NCBI GenBank assembly: GCA_950097015.1
Contig: CATNEN010000035.1
Coordinates: 744,001 to 808,000 of the forward strand
From: Macrostomum hystrix
Taxonomy: Eukaryota > Animalia > Platyhelminthes
Length of the DNA stretch: 64,000 nt
Direction: 5' to 3'
The position numbers were made by a program, and so were the translations under genes. Of this stretch, positions 35,333 through 47,500 are shown piece after piece; within the stretch, counting starts at the first letter, position 1; each line of letters starts with the position of its first letter. Below the pieces are notes generated by a model. The model searched no databases, had not been told where the DNA came from, and worked only from the letters and a program-made list of their open reading frames with translations.

Positions 35333-35616
35333 TTGTCTAATCCATCGCTTTTATGCTTTTAAAAATAGAATTATCGTCTTATCATTCGTTTTGCAATCTA
35401 GACCACAAGACAGTAATCTAGACAGTCTTAGCCATACAGTCTATTTGTAAGTCTATGATGAGTATGAGGCGTTGAGTTGGAGTGGACCTAGACCATTAAA
35501 TAATTTAATTTTCATCGTCAATGGCAAAACCTGCTTGTTGGCTGCCCCCAAAAATATATTAAAAATCCGCAAGCCCCAGATTCGTTCGATGTCAATGATA
35601 ATTAACAGTAGAAATA

Positions 35617-36166
35617 CCAAGGGGGGATTTTTCAAGACAATTTTTTTGCTGCACCCGAACGGAACAAATGCAAGCACACGAAACTCAAGAACACACGCCA
35701 ACTTTTTGTTGCGAACCTTCTGAAACAAGAATCAAGTCGCCAGCTCTTCAGACCGTCGAGATATTCAATGTTTCTGGCCGAAGGTCGGATTTGCCTCATA
35801 AGAGCTAGTGTATTTCATACACCCCTATACACGAATTTGCACTGCGCCTCAGTGCGGCCTTTCCAGACCTTTAAACTTTATCAGCATGTCACCCGAATGT
35901 GCCTGCATCATCTCCGTCTTTGGTGGTCACCTACCTTTATCTAGACGGACTGCGGGACCTTCAAATGCAAAAAATGTGGAAATAGGCCACTCTGGACACC
36001 CTGAAGCGAATTTCTAAAATTTCACTGCTGAAGCCTAAATATTAGGCGCAGTTCAGCTACAGTACACCATCGCCTAGTCTGTCAACCAATCAGTCACCAC
36101 CCTCGCGCGGTTAGCTTTCAGGCGCTGCCAAAAATGTTCTCAGGGGGGAAATTCCCCACCCCTTGG
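35617..36166. mobile_element. 550-bp MITE-like element, TA-flanked, termini CCAAGGGG / CCCCTTGG
   Basis: TA|CCAAGGGG ... CCCCTTGG|TA; a second copy lies at 29225-29680. Confidence 0.7.
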
Positions 36167-36618
36167 TATTAAAAACGGGCGGCAAAATGGCTTGGTAGTC
36201 CTACTGTTAATCTAATGCACTAAAACTAAGTGTCATATATTGAAACGCCATACAGCTGAAATTCATTGGAAACTTCGAACTTCTTTAAGCTTTAGTATTC
36301 TTAATTGCGAATCGTGCGCAGGCTTAAGACAGGTAGTCAAAATATATCTATATTCTGATCATTCCAATGCATATTCATTTAAGCACTTCAATTGTTTAGC
36401 AACACCAACGTACATGTACGTTAAAAAATCGGTAAGTAGTGAGCAGTGAGAAGTCCCAAATCCTGCTTCTTATCTATTAAAAAATATCATTGCTTCTCCT
36501 TAAGAAACATGCAATTATTATTGACAAAGCTGAGCATTTCATTTTTAAGGATCTGGACCGAATACCCCAGGCCACGTGGTCATAGACTTGCTCATTTTAA
36601 AGACCGGTTCCAATTTAA

Positions 36619-37628
36619 TCAGAGTTTCTGCGCTTCGGCCGATGAAATTTGCTGGCCCAACAGGCTGTGACTGTTGCTGCCAGTCATCTTGCGCACGCCA
36701 GTTTCAGTGAAGGTCATCGCCAGACGAACCTGGTGCAGCCAGGGCTTCTCCTTGAAGTTCTGCGCGGCGCTGAGGCACTGGATGGCGTACTCTCTGGCCG
36801 GGACGCCGCGGTGCTTGTGATACAGGTCCAGCACCTGCTTCACTTCGTTCACTTGGCCACGTTTCAGGTGCAGAAACGGGCGTGGCGTGTCCTGCGATTG
36901 TTATTTGTAGGATAATAATAATAATAATAACTGCAGGAGGCCTGCGGGCAATTGGACATCATTTAGTGATACTAGACCCACAGCCAGCGAGGAGGCAATT
37001 CTGCCCATTTCGCTGACTCCTGAGCACACATGCACACAGATACTGTACGCAGGCATACGCTGTGTACCCTGACTTTCTCATCGTCAGGCACTGTACATTT
37101 ATCTGTGCCTCGGAGGTTGGCCCTCAAGGGCGTAAATTGCACGACAAGCCCCCAAGCCTTCTCTCCGCGGCTGGGCCCGAAATAAATGTGGCCTCGTCGT
37201 GGAATCGAACTTAGAGACATTGGTGCGAGAGGCACCAAACGCGTTAACCGCTTTGCCACCGACCCACTGTATTTCTAGGATTTTATGGGGACCGATTTTG
37301 CGATTCATTTAACTATCTTAGATCACCAATTCTCTGAACTTATAGTGGACAGGTAACAGTACCATTAAGACCCGCAATTGTTCTCAGCTTCCAAAACATT
37401 ATTGGTTGTTAAGCATTCAGCAGCAAGCTCAAAAATATAATTATCCTTTCTATACTTTCGCTCATTCCAATTCGCATTAGTCCAAAGCTTTGACCATGTA
37501 ACTTTATATAGATTAGGACTCACATCAAAGCTCTGAATTGGCAACGGAATCGATCCATCGTTGCCCTTCGCTTTCGCTAGCAAACTGGCCGACGCTTGCT
37601 TTCCAGGCTTTGGCTGATGTTGCTGTTG

Positions 37629-37676
<48 letters not shown>

Positions 37677-40600
37677 GGGATGGGCAGACTTCCCTGAAGA
37701 AGGCCTGGACTGGCTAGCCTGTGGTCTGTCGCTACGGCTCAAAGGCGGAAGTCGATCTGCCGAGTGATCTTCGGTGCCCTCAGGTGGTTTGTTGCCAGCC
37801 ATCTTGGACCATTTGCTCTGGCAATGCGGCCGTGTTATCAAGTACGTATGCGCTCGTACGAAGCATTTTTGTGAAATAACGGCACTTAATTTCTATATTC
37901 TGCTTCAGATATGAATGAGCGAACTGTTAAGAAAAAAAAGTTTATAGATACAAAAGTAGGAGGCTAGTTAACAAGCGGACTTATTTGAGAAGGACAATCT
38001 GATTGGCTCAAGCGAAAGTTGTTAACATACTTACAAATCTAGGGAGTTGCCTAGGAGGGGGTTGCAGCATCGGAGGGGGTTGCAGCTTGGGAGGGGGTTG
38101 TAGTCTGGGAGGGGGTTGCAGCATCGGAGGGGGTTGTAGCCTCGGAGGGGGTTGTAGTCTGGGAGGGGGTTGCAGCATCGGAGGGGGTTGCAGCCTGGGA
38201 GGGGGTTGTAGTCTGGGAAGGGGTTGCAGCATCGGAGGGAGTTGTAGCCTAGGAGGGGGTTGCAGCCTCGGAGTGGGTTGTAGCGTCGGAGGGGGTTGCA
38301 GCCTCGGAGGGGGTTGTAGTCTGGGAGGGGGTTGCAGCATCGGAGGGGGTTGCAGCCTGGGAGGGGGTTGTAGTCTGGGAGGGGGTTGCAGCATCGGAGG
38401 GAGTTGTAGCGTAGGAGGGGGTTGTAGCCTAGGAGGGGGTTGCAGCATAGTGGTTAGAGCGTCGGAATCACGACTTGAAGATCGGGGGGTTTGCCCGACT
38501 AGAACAATTTGTGTCCTTTAGCAAGACACTAAACTCTGCATTGCTTCAGTTCACACAGCTGTTAAATTGGTGTCAGCATCAGCTCTGCAGGGGTAATTGA
38601 GGGTGGGTGTGGTGTCCCCCCAGTCCATGGACTGAACAGCCGTACGCAGCGTTCAGATGCGCCGCGCATCAGCTGCGGCTGTGCTGTCGGCTGCACATCT
38701 GGCTATCTACAGCCAGGGCAGGTGTCAATCAATACTCGATATTTTTAATGGTAGATTGTTGTCACTTTGAACGCAGACCCTTCACATCCGACCTTACATA
38801 AGAGTATAAGATCTGATGATCGAAAAATCCTTGCGATTTTTTCTCATCTGTAGCGGATTAGGCCGAACAGGCTCGGTGTCGAATGCCATATTACTCGTAC
38901 TAATATTCGCGTGCATGGTGAATCAATTATGCATGGGTGGAAGGTCTAGCAGTGATTAAGAACATTTGCTATTAAATTTCCTATACTTAATTATTTTTCC
39001 TTTAATTTTTGTTCAATTGTTGTGTCAATTGATGGATATCGTGAAAGTATTTCGAATTTGACTAACAAGTGTCATGCAGTGTTACTATTATATGGATAAA
39101 TCATTTGATAATAATAACATCTGTGCTCAACCTTACCGTTATTCGGACAACAACAAACACCTGCAGAATGTATTCACGTTGAAGTTGTGGCATTGCAAAA
39201 TATCTGAATAGATCGAAAATATAACATAAAAACAGTTTGAAAAGGGACTGTTTTGCGGCGAGTGACAAGCTATAAGACACTTTGAGCGCCACTCACCTTC
39301 TGCTTTGGAATCTTCAAGCCTTTCAGGGCCGACTTGAAGTGAGTCTCCGGATCGCCCAGCTGTCTGGCATAGTAGCTCTCCACCGCCTTGCTCACGCTGG
39401 AATCCTGCTTCATCACTGGCGCCTTCGAGTTGCTATTGAGCAGCTGCCGGCTGTAGCCATCGACGTACACACCCTGGCCAACCAAGGGGAACTCGCGCAG
39501 CTGCTTCTTCTTCAGCGAGGACCTGCGACAGTGAAATTCTTTTCTGCTTTGAGTTGAACTTCAAAGCCTAGAGTTTTTATTAATTTCAGGCCTTTTATTA
39601 GTTGGGGCAGCCAGGGGCACAGCCGCAGATATCAAGGCTGTGTACAGCAGTTCAGTCCGTGGACTGGGGAGGCTACTAATTCTCCTAAATTTATACATCA
39701 GCTGATGCTGGTACCTCAGATTCGAACTCCCGACCTCTAAGAGTCAGAAGTTCCAACTTCGAGCTAACCACAGGGCTGCAAGCCAGCCTTAACCAGCCTT
39801 AGCAGTAGAAAGTCTACGCTATTTTCTCCCTGGGGACAGACTCGGGGTATTTCAAATACCCACTGCCCACTTCTCGACAGCTCCCAAATCGAATGACCGA
39901 CTTTCGTGAAATTCCACCATATGGATCAGAATTTTACACCCTTTACGATCAACCAACTTGCAAATCCGTACGAGCCAGCATCGTCGTGATATTCAGCGAT
40001 TCTTGTCGAAGACCCTGGTGACAAGGACGACTAACCTCTGTATAAACCTCTGTGGTTCAAAAGTGTATAAATTAACAATATAATCCACACAATATAGTCA
40101 AAAATAATAGACGATATTATTACAAGATAAAATTCTGTGAGCAGAAAATGTAAGCCTTTAAGTGGTTTTTGCCACCAGTCTCCTACAAGAGTCGTTGAAT
40201 ATCCCGACGATGCCGGTGTTTTGTGATTCTGGTAGTTGTTTCATCGCATGTTCTGGAAAATGTTCTGGATTTACATGGCGATTGGTTGAATATTTTGGGA
40301 GATGCAGAACAAAAGAAAAATGGGATGCCCCTATGGTTTTCTTCTGTTATTATAGAGCATGCGATCACAGTCGACAGGCCTTACTTGTCCTGTCCCTGCA
40401 GCACGGACACCTTGTCCTTGGCCTTGTCGGACCAATTCTTCATCCTGGCAAAGATAGCCAGCGGAACAGTGCTGTTGCTATAGGGGATGCGGCTCCACTG
40501 CTTGGTGAGCAGGAAGCTGGCACAGGACTTCTGCTTCTGCCGCAGAGCCAGGTTCAGCGGCTGGAGGCCGGTGCCATCGCGCACCATGATGGAGCAGACA

Positions 40601-42130
40601 TTGTGGTGCACGAAGCCCCGCAGAACAGAGAGCTGGCCGCTCTCTACGGCCTCGTGAATCGGCGCCTTCCTCAGGTCGACGTGACGATCGCCGGAGCACC
40701 ACTGCTTGAGCGGGTGGGCGCCAACGGCCTCGTCGCATCGAATGCCGCACTGCCTAGTGAGGGTTGTGCTCAGCTCTACCTGGCCAAAGTGAGCCGCCAT
40801 GTACAATGCGACCTTCATTTGAAACTTTCCCAGCGCGTCGTCGGTGCGATTAATCAGCTCCAGCACGTGGCTGGTGAAGCCCAGGGAGGCCAACTTCAGC
40901 AGGTCGCTCCAGCCGTCCCAGGTCTCTACTCGGATTGTGTCTCCGGGCCGCACAGCGTAGTCCTCCATGATGTGGCAGTCGTACATCTCTGTACCTGCAT
41001 GGGTGGTCAGGCGAAACACGCCGACAGGCAGGCCGGTGCGCCTGGAAGCCATACTCCGCAGCGAGGCCACGGAGTAGTTGAGCAGCTTGATGCGGTCCAG
41101 TATGGGAATGAGCTCCTCGCTGTAGCCGATGCGCAGGTAGAGCACCGGGTCAGTCTCCTCTTTGACGTAGGCGCGCAGCGTGGATCCCGGCCGGATGCCC
41201 ATGTCGGACAGGATCCAGCGGTCTTCGAGCTCGGCACCGGCATAGGACAGTACCAGCGTGTTCCGCTCGAAGTTGATGTCGCCCAGCTGTACGCGGTCGA
41301 CTCGGATTTTGAAGCGATCTTTTTACAGTAGGAAGAGCGGTTGAGTAGAATTTATATTCAAGATTTCCTAGTGAAGTGAAAGCCAACAATTTTTCGAAAT
41401 TTCAATCGCCTAAACAATTTATCGCGTGTTTAAAAGTGACATCATTTTTAGCAGAAAATGGACAGTTTTTTCTTGGAAACGACAGCAGATTTCCGAGAAA
41501 AAACTTTTTTTACAGTAACGTCATCCGCATTTATAATCAAAATCTAAATGTGATTTCTAAGAAAGAGCACCTGGTTTCCAAGAAACAGCATCTAATTTAT
41601 TTTAAACAAAATATAGAGTCAAGAAATGGCGTTTCATTTATTCATTTTTAGACTATATTTCAAATATGCTACAAATTTCGTATTTGCTGTCGATTCCTTA
41701 AAAAAAAATTTTTTTATTCTGTTTATGCTTTTTCCAAAATCAGTAATTAAGTAATCCTACGCGTTTATGACATTTATTGCTTGAGAATTCGTGCACTCCT
41801 GACTCATGACCTAATTAGAAACTTCTATCAGAACATCGGAATGTCGGAGAAACAGTTTTTCAAAGCAAAACATTTCAATTTTTCATTGCCAATAAGAACG
41901 CATCGCTGAATAAACGAATTTTAAAAGATAAGTGAAAGTATAGACTGTTTTTTGACATTAGTCCCTTCGCAGACGGAATTAAACAATGCCAGATTTGAAA
42001 GGGCTGCAAAATAATTGGGAAAATATGCATCTCGCTCACCTTTAATGATCTGTTTAATGTCACCGACAGTTTTCCCCTCAGGCAGGTCCATGGAGCTGCG
42101 CCCATTCTCGTGGCAGATGAACACCCGCAT
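36619..42130 (-). CDS. ANKUB1: Ankyrin repeat and ubiquitin domain protein 1; exons 42130-42040, 41318-40385, 39522-39297, 37817-37524 (alternative acceptor 37892), 36891-36619
   Basis: MRVFI start, LSYAGAELEDRWILSD, GLPVGVFRL...EMYDC, ETWDGW, VALYMAAHFG, EAVGAHPLKQWC, KAPIHEAVESGQL, FKEKPWLHQV, all collinear with ANKUB1. GT-AG joins give 1818 nt in frame. Confidence 0.9.
36962..37267 (-). mobile_element. tRNA-derived SINE family A, near full length, in the last ANKUB1 intron
   Basis: Head GGTGGCAAAGCGGTTAACGCG ... AAGTTCGATTCC; body homologous to the other copies. Confidence 0.8.
38041..38448. repeat. 18-bp minisatellite (GGAGGGGGTTGCAGCCTG) abutting a SINE head
   Basis: About 22 tandem copies, running directly into GCATAGTGGTTAGAGC. 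Confidence 0.95.
38435..38697 (+). mobile_element. tRNA-derived SINE family B with a CORE (MIR-like) domain
   Basis: A-box-like TAGTGGTTAGAGC; TGTGTCCTTTAGCAAGACACTAAAC...CTTCAGTTCACACAGCTGTTAAATTGG resembles the CORE domain; tail CAGTCCATGGACTGAAC shared with 27190 and 39605. Confidence 0.7.
39605..39770 (-). mobile_element. SINE family B copy
   Basis: Reverse complement has B-box GAGTTCGAATC and tail CAGTCCACGGACTGAAC...CTGCGGCTGTGC. Confidence 0.65.
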
Positions 42131-42707
42131 GTGTTTGCGCTGTTGTTAAAAAAATTGCGAAATTTTGACAGTAAAACAAAATGTGAAGGCTTAAATAAAA
42201 ATAAGTTCGAGCATATAATAAAATTGGAAAATGAATGCCTGTTTTAGAGAGCCATTCTGCTCAGCTCAGTTCGCTGAGCAGTACTGTACTCAGAGCCTTT
42301 AGAGACTGTGCGTATCTTGGCACAGCTGTGGACTGACTGATATGCAAGCGCCTCTTAAGTCAATAGAGGTTTTGTTGAGCACTTCTCATGGATTTAGCTT
42401 AGCTAGTCAACTAAATTCATCGTTGTCTGCATGATGCGAAACTTAGCTGTTATGAGGCTGCAAACAGTGAAAATCTTAATTGAATAGAAAATGGGCAACA
42501 CAACACTCTGTTCCTTAAACAATCAATTTGATGATTAAATCTGTGCGCTTAAAAATCTAATAATATTTACCTGCTAATTCCTAACATTTCATCAAAACAT
42601 TAAACAGTTGATTATTTTTGACAATAGTTTTTTAGGACAATTTGTTTAAAAGCCTTCTCAAACCAATTTGAAAGTTTTCGATATGCTCATCACGCTAATT
42701 TCAATTA

Positions 42708-43400
42708 CTGAGATTGGGTCACTCGAACTGAGTGAGATTGGGTCACTCGAACTGAGTGAGATTGGGTCACTCGAACTGAGTGAGATTGGGTCACTCGAAC
42801 TGAGTGAGATTGGGTCACTCGAACTGAGTGAGATTGGGTCACTCGAACTGAGTGAGAATTGGTCACCCAACCTGAGTGAGATTGGGTCACCCCACCTGAG
42901 TGAGATTGGGTCACCCCACCTGAGTGAGATTGGGTCACCCCACCTGAGTGAGATTGGGTCACCCAACCTGAGTGAGATTGGGTCATCTAACCTGAGTGAG
43001 ATTGGGTCACCAACCTGAGTGAGATTGGGTCATCCAACCTGAGTGAGATTGGGTCACTCGAACTGAGTGAGATTGGGTCACCCAACCTGAGTGAGATTGG
43101 GTCATCCAACCTGAGTGAGATTGGGTCACTCGAACTGAGTGAGATTGGGTCACCCCACCTGAGTGAGATTGGGTCACCCAACCTGAGTGAGATTGGGTCA
43201 TCCAACCTGAGTGAGATTGGGTCACTCGAACTGAGTGAGATTGGGTCACCCAACCTGAGTGAGATTGGGTCATCCCACCTGAGTGAGATTGGGTCATCCA
43301 ACCTGAGTGAGATTGGGTCACTCGAACTGAGTGAGAATTGGTCACCCAACCTGAGTGAGATTGGGTCACCCAACCTGAGTGAGATTGGGTCACCCAACCC
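42708..43400. repeat. 24-bp minisatellite (GAGTGAGATTGGGTCACCCAACCT and variants)
   Basis: 8-aa periodic ORFs on both strands; direct tandem copies. Confidence 0.95.
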
Positions 43401-43421
43401 TGTCACCCAGGTGCAGTTTAC

Positions 43422-43538
43422 CTCTCCAACGCAGTTGTAGCAGGTGGAATCTGCCGTGGTGTCCCGTCCGCTGTCACCAGTCAGCGGCCTTAGCCCTGGC
43501 GAATCAGGTTCGTTGCTAGGGGCCTTTGGAGCAGTCAT
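43422..43538 (-). CDS. Putative upstream coding exon of ANKUB1 (MTAPKAPS...TCYNCVGE)
   Basis: ATG at 43538 and donor GAG|GTAAAC at 43421; joins in phase 0 to the acceptor ACAG|CGCAAACAC ATG at 42139. No homology support. Confidence 0.35.
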
Positions 43539-44175
43539 ATTTGCTGCTCAAGTCCAATACGCCACTGGAATTAACCCTAATAGCTATCTAACTATAGCTG
43601 TGTGATCCAGTTTTTCGTCTTGTCTTTGTCTGTCTATCTGTGTGCCTGCGTGTGCCTTGGCTGGGTATATATAATACATATAATACTATTTAATAAACAG
43701 TTTTATTGGCGTAAATGTACTGCTTCTCTACAGTATCCACTCTACATTTCCCTGCCCCGCCACCCATTGTCACATACGAGTGCGCGCAGATTGTGAGACA
43801 AAAATCTCATTTTAATTCTGTCTACTTCATCTGTTTCATCGCCCTGGCATCAGCCACCCCCGATACAGTTTCAGCTCTGGTGGCTGTGCTCAAGGGAAGT
43901 GTAATTGCTCGCTGGAAACATGAGACACTTGACATGGGCGAGTAATTAGTCAGAACTGTCGCTGACAATGATTCTTGACCAGTGTGAGACATTCAGCGAC
44001 TTATGAAAGATGTTGACAATCTTGAGCGAAGGGAAGACAAGATTTTTGTTAGAAGCTGAAACTCACAAACGGTGAATTGAGAAACTTGTTGCCCTGTAAG
44101 ATATTAAATTCCAGATCCCACTGACCTACGCAGTACCTTTATCGATTGCCAAATACTTTTGCCTAAGACTATGAC

Positions 44176-45634
44176 AGTTGCTTCGATTCTAAATAAACAC
44201 TGTTGCTTTGATTCTAAATAAACACTGTTGCTTCGATTCTAAATAAACACTGTTGCTTCGATTCTAAATAAACACTGTTGCTTCGATTCTAAATAAACAC
44301 TGTTGCTTCGATTCTAAATAAACACTGTTGCTTCGATTCTAAATAAACACTGTTGCTTCGATTCTAAATAAACACTGTTGCTTCGATTCTAAATAAACAC
44401 TGTTGCTTCGATTCTAAATAAACACTGTTGCTTCGATTCTAAATAAACACTGTTACTTCGATTCTAAATAAACACTGTTGCTTCGATTCTAAATAAACAC
44501 TGTTACTTCGATTCTAAATAAACACTGTTACTTCGATTCTAAAACACTGTTGCTTCGATTCTAAATAAACACTGTTGCTTCGATTCTAAATAAACACTGT
44601 TGCTTCGATTCTAAATAAACACTGTTGCTTCGATTCTAAATAAACACTGTTACTTCGATTCTAAATAAACACTGTTGCTTCGATTCTAAATAAACACTGT
44701 TACTTCGATTCTAAAACACTGTTGCTTCGATTCTAAATAAACACTGTTACTTCGATTCTAAAACACTGTTGCTTCGATTCTAAATAAACACTGTTGCTTC
44801 GATTCTAAATAAACAGTTACTTCGATTCTAAATAAACACTGTTGCTTCGATTCTAAATAAACACTGTTTCTTCGATTCTAAATAAACACTGTTGCTTTGA
44901 TTCTAAATAAACACTGTTACTTCGATTCTAAAACACTGTTGCTTTGATTCTAAATAAACACTGTTGCTTCTATTCTAAATAAACACTGTTGCTTCGATTC
45001 TAAATAAACACTGTTGCTTCGATTCTAAATAAACACTGTTGCTTCGATTCTAAATAAACACTGTTACTTCGATTCTAAATAAACACTGTTGCTTCGATTC
45101 TAAATAAACACTGTTTCTTCGATTCTAAATAAACACTGTTGCTTTGATTCTAAATAAACACTGTTACTTCGATTCTAAAACACTGTTGCTTTGATTCTAA
45201 ATAAACACTGTTGCTTCTATTCTAAATAAACACTGTTGCTTCGATTCTAAATAAACACTGTTGCTTCGATTCTAAATAAACACTGTTGCTTTGATTCTAA
45301 ATAAACACTGTTGCTTCTATTCTAAATAAACACTGTTGCTTCGATTCTAAATAAACACTGTTGCTTCGATTCTAAATAAACACTGTTGCTTCGATTCTAA
45401 ATAAACACTGTTGCTTCGATTCTAAATAAACACTGTTGCTTCGATTCTAAATAAACACTGTTGCTTCGATTCTAAATAAACACTGTTGCTTCGATTCTAA
45501 ATAAACACTGTTGCTTCGATTCTAAATAAACACTGTTGCTTCGATTCTAAATAAACACTGTTGCTTCGATTCTAAATAAACACTGTTGCTTCGATTCTAA
45601 ATAAACACTGTTGCTTCGATTCTAAATAAACACT
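44176..45634. repeat. 25-bp minisatellite (CTTCGATTCTAAATAAACACTGTTG), about 58 copies, with 22-bp variants
   Basis: CTTCG at 44231 and 44256. Confidence 0.97.
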
Positions 45635-45988
45635 GATCGCTTTTCCCCCTAAAGTTAGAACTGTTAATCTACACACAAATAAGCATTTTGTAAAAAAATG
45701 CAACAAAAATTTCGCTGCAAGCCGAGCAGCTACAGATTTAGCATCAAGCATAATAGTGCATTGCATCCTACTTGATATAAACTTACATAAAACTGCTGAT
45801 TCCTTTGAACTCTATGTACGAGCAGACTGAAAGCCGGTCGATCTAGTTAATTCTGAGCTTATTTGGATGATCCCAAAACTGTCCCAGGAAGCTGATATAC
45901 TGGCTCACAGTTCTCTCAACTCCACTTTGTCCAAACTCAAACCTTCGCTTGCAAGGCTGCTGAGGGAAAAAGTTGCCAAAGCCTTTCA

Positions 45989-46002
45989 GTTGCCATGGCG
46001 AC
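45989..46002. promoter_or_regulatory. RFX X-box motif upstream of ANKUB1
   Basis: GTTGCCATGGCGAC, one mismatch to the palindromic X-box GTTGCCATGGCAAC. Confidence 0.5.
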
Positions 46003-46314
46003 CAGGCAAAGCTGCCCTGTCCGGATAGCCAGCTTTTGTCTCTCCTCTCCCAACTGCTGTTGCAGGCCCTTCTCCCCCTCTTCCACTCTCTGCCCAGTTT
46101 TGGTGTTTCTTCTAACTCCAAAATGTCCCTATTAAGGCGTACTGCTCTAGACAACCCCAACAATCAGGGGTTGGCAAGCAAAACTGGACTGTACAAGCAG
46201 TCGGAGTGAGCATGGGTCTACAGAACATATCCATTAGACTTATTTGAAGTCTGTCAGAACTAATAACACCAATAGTATAATGGCGTTGTGCGCTGTATTC
46301 TCATCGAATGATCT

Positions 46315-47500
46315 TGTCTGGATGACGTGCCAAATGCCTCATGTCTGGATGATCTGATGGATGTCCTTAAATGACTCATTGCTAGATGTCTGGATGATCT
46401 GATGGATGTCCTTAAATGACTCATTGCTAGATGTCTGGACGATTAAAAGAATGTCCTTAAATGACTCATTGCTAGATGTCTGGATGATCAAAAGAATGTC
46501 CTTAAATGACTCATTGCTAGATGTCTGGATGATCAAAAGAATATCCTTGAATGACTCATTGCTAGATGTCTGGATGATTAAAAGAATGTCCTTAAATGAC
46601 TCATTGCTAGATGTCTGGATGATCAAAAGGATGTCATCGAATGACTCATTGCTAGATGTCTGGATGATCAAAAGGATGTCATCGAATGACTCATCGCTAG
46701 ATGTCCGGATGATCAAAAGGATGTCATCGAACGACTCATTGCTAGATGTCTGGATGATCAAAAGGATGTCATCGAATGACTCATCGCTAGATGTCTGGAT
46801 GATCAAAAGGATGTCATCGAATGACTCATTGCTAGATGTCTGGATGATCAAAAGGATGTCATCGAATGACTCATCGCTAGATGTCTGGATGATCAAAAGG
46901 ATGTCATCGAATGACTCATCGCTAGATGTCTGGATGATCAAAAGGATGTCATCGAACGACCCATTGCTAGATGTCTGGATGATCAAAAGGATGTCATCGA
47001 ATGACTCATCGCTAGATGTCTGGATGATCAAAAGGATGTCATCGAACGACTCATTGCTAGATGTCTGGATGATCAAAAGAATGTCCTTGAATGACTCATT
47101 GCTAGATGTCTGGATGATCAAAAGAATGTCCTTAAATGACTCATTGCTAGATGTCTGGATGATCAAAAGAATGTCCTCGAATAACTCATTGCTAGATGTC
47201 TGGATGATCAAAAGAATGTCCTTAAATGACTCATTACTAGATGTCTGGATGATCAAAAGAATGTCCTTGAATAACTCATTGCTAGATGTCTGGATGATCA
47301 AAAGGATGCCATCGAATGACTCATCGCTAGATGTCTGGATGATCAAAAGGATGTCATCGAATGACTCATCGCTAGATGTCTGGATGATCAAAAGGATGTC
47401 ATCGAACGACTCATTGCTAGATGTCTGGATGATCAAAAGGATGTCATCGAATGACTCATTGCTAGATGTCTGGATGATCAAAAGGATCTCATTGGATGAC
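46315..47500. repeat. 45-bp minisatellite (TTGCTAGATGTCTGGATGATCAAAAGGATGTCATCGAATGACTCA)
   Basis: 15-aa periodic ORFs on both strands. Confidence 0.95.

Noticed and set aside
36965-37030. HDV-like ribozyme in SINE-A (GCCTCCTCGCTGGC and GCGAAATGGG resemble HDV strings)
   Set aside because: The strings are in the wrong order with only about 8 nt between them, and the required P1, P2 and P3 pairings cannot be formed.
38003-38521. Loricrin-like (GGGCSL)n protein
   Set aside because: Starts at TTG, lies antisense within an ANKUB1 intron, and ends in SINE sequence.
40162-41331. 389-aa plus-strand ORF (also 63543-63944, 27795-28181, 33536-33940)
   Set aside because: Antisense shadows of GC-rich coding exons with no recognisable motifs.
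45843-46209. Short ORFs on both strands between two arrays
   Set aside because: No recognisable domain, no ATG-supported model; better explained as a promoter or first-exon region.
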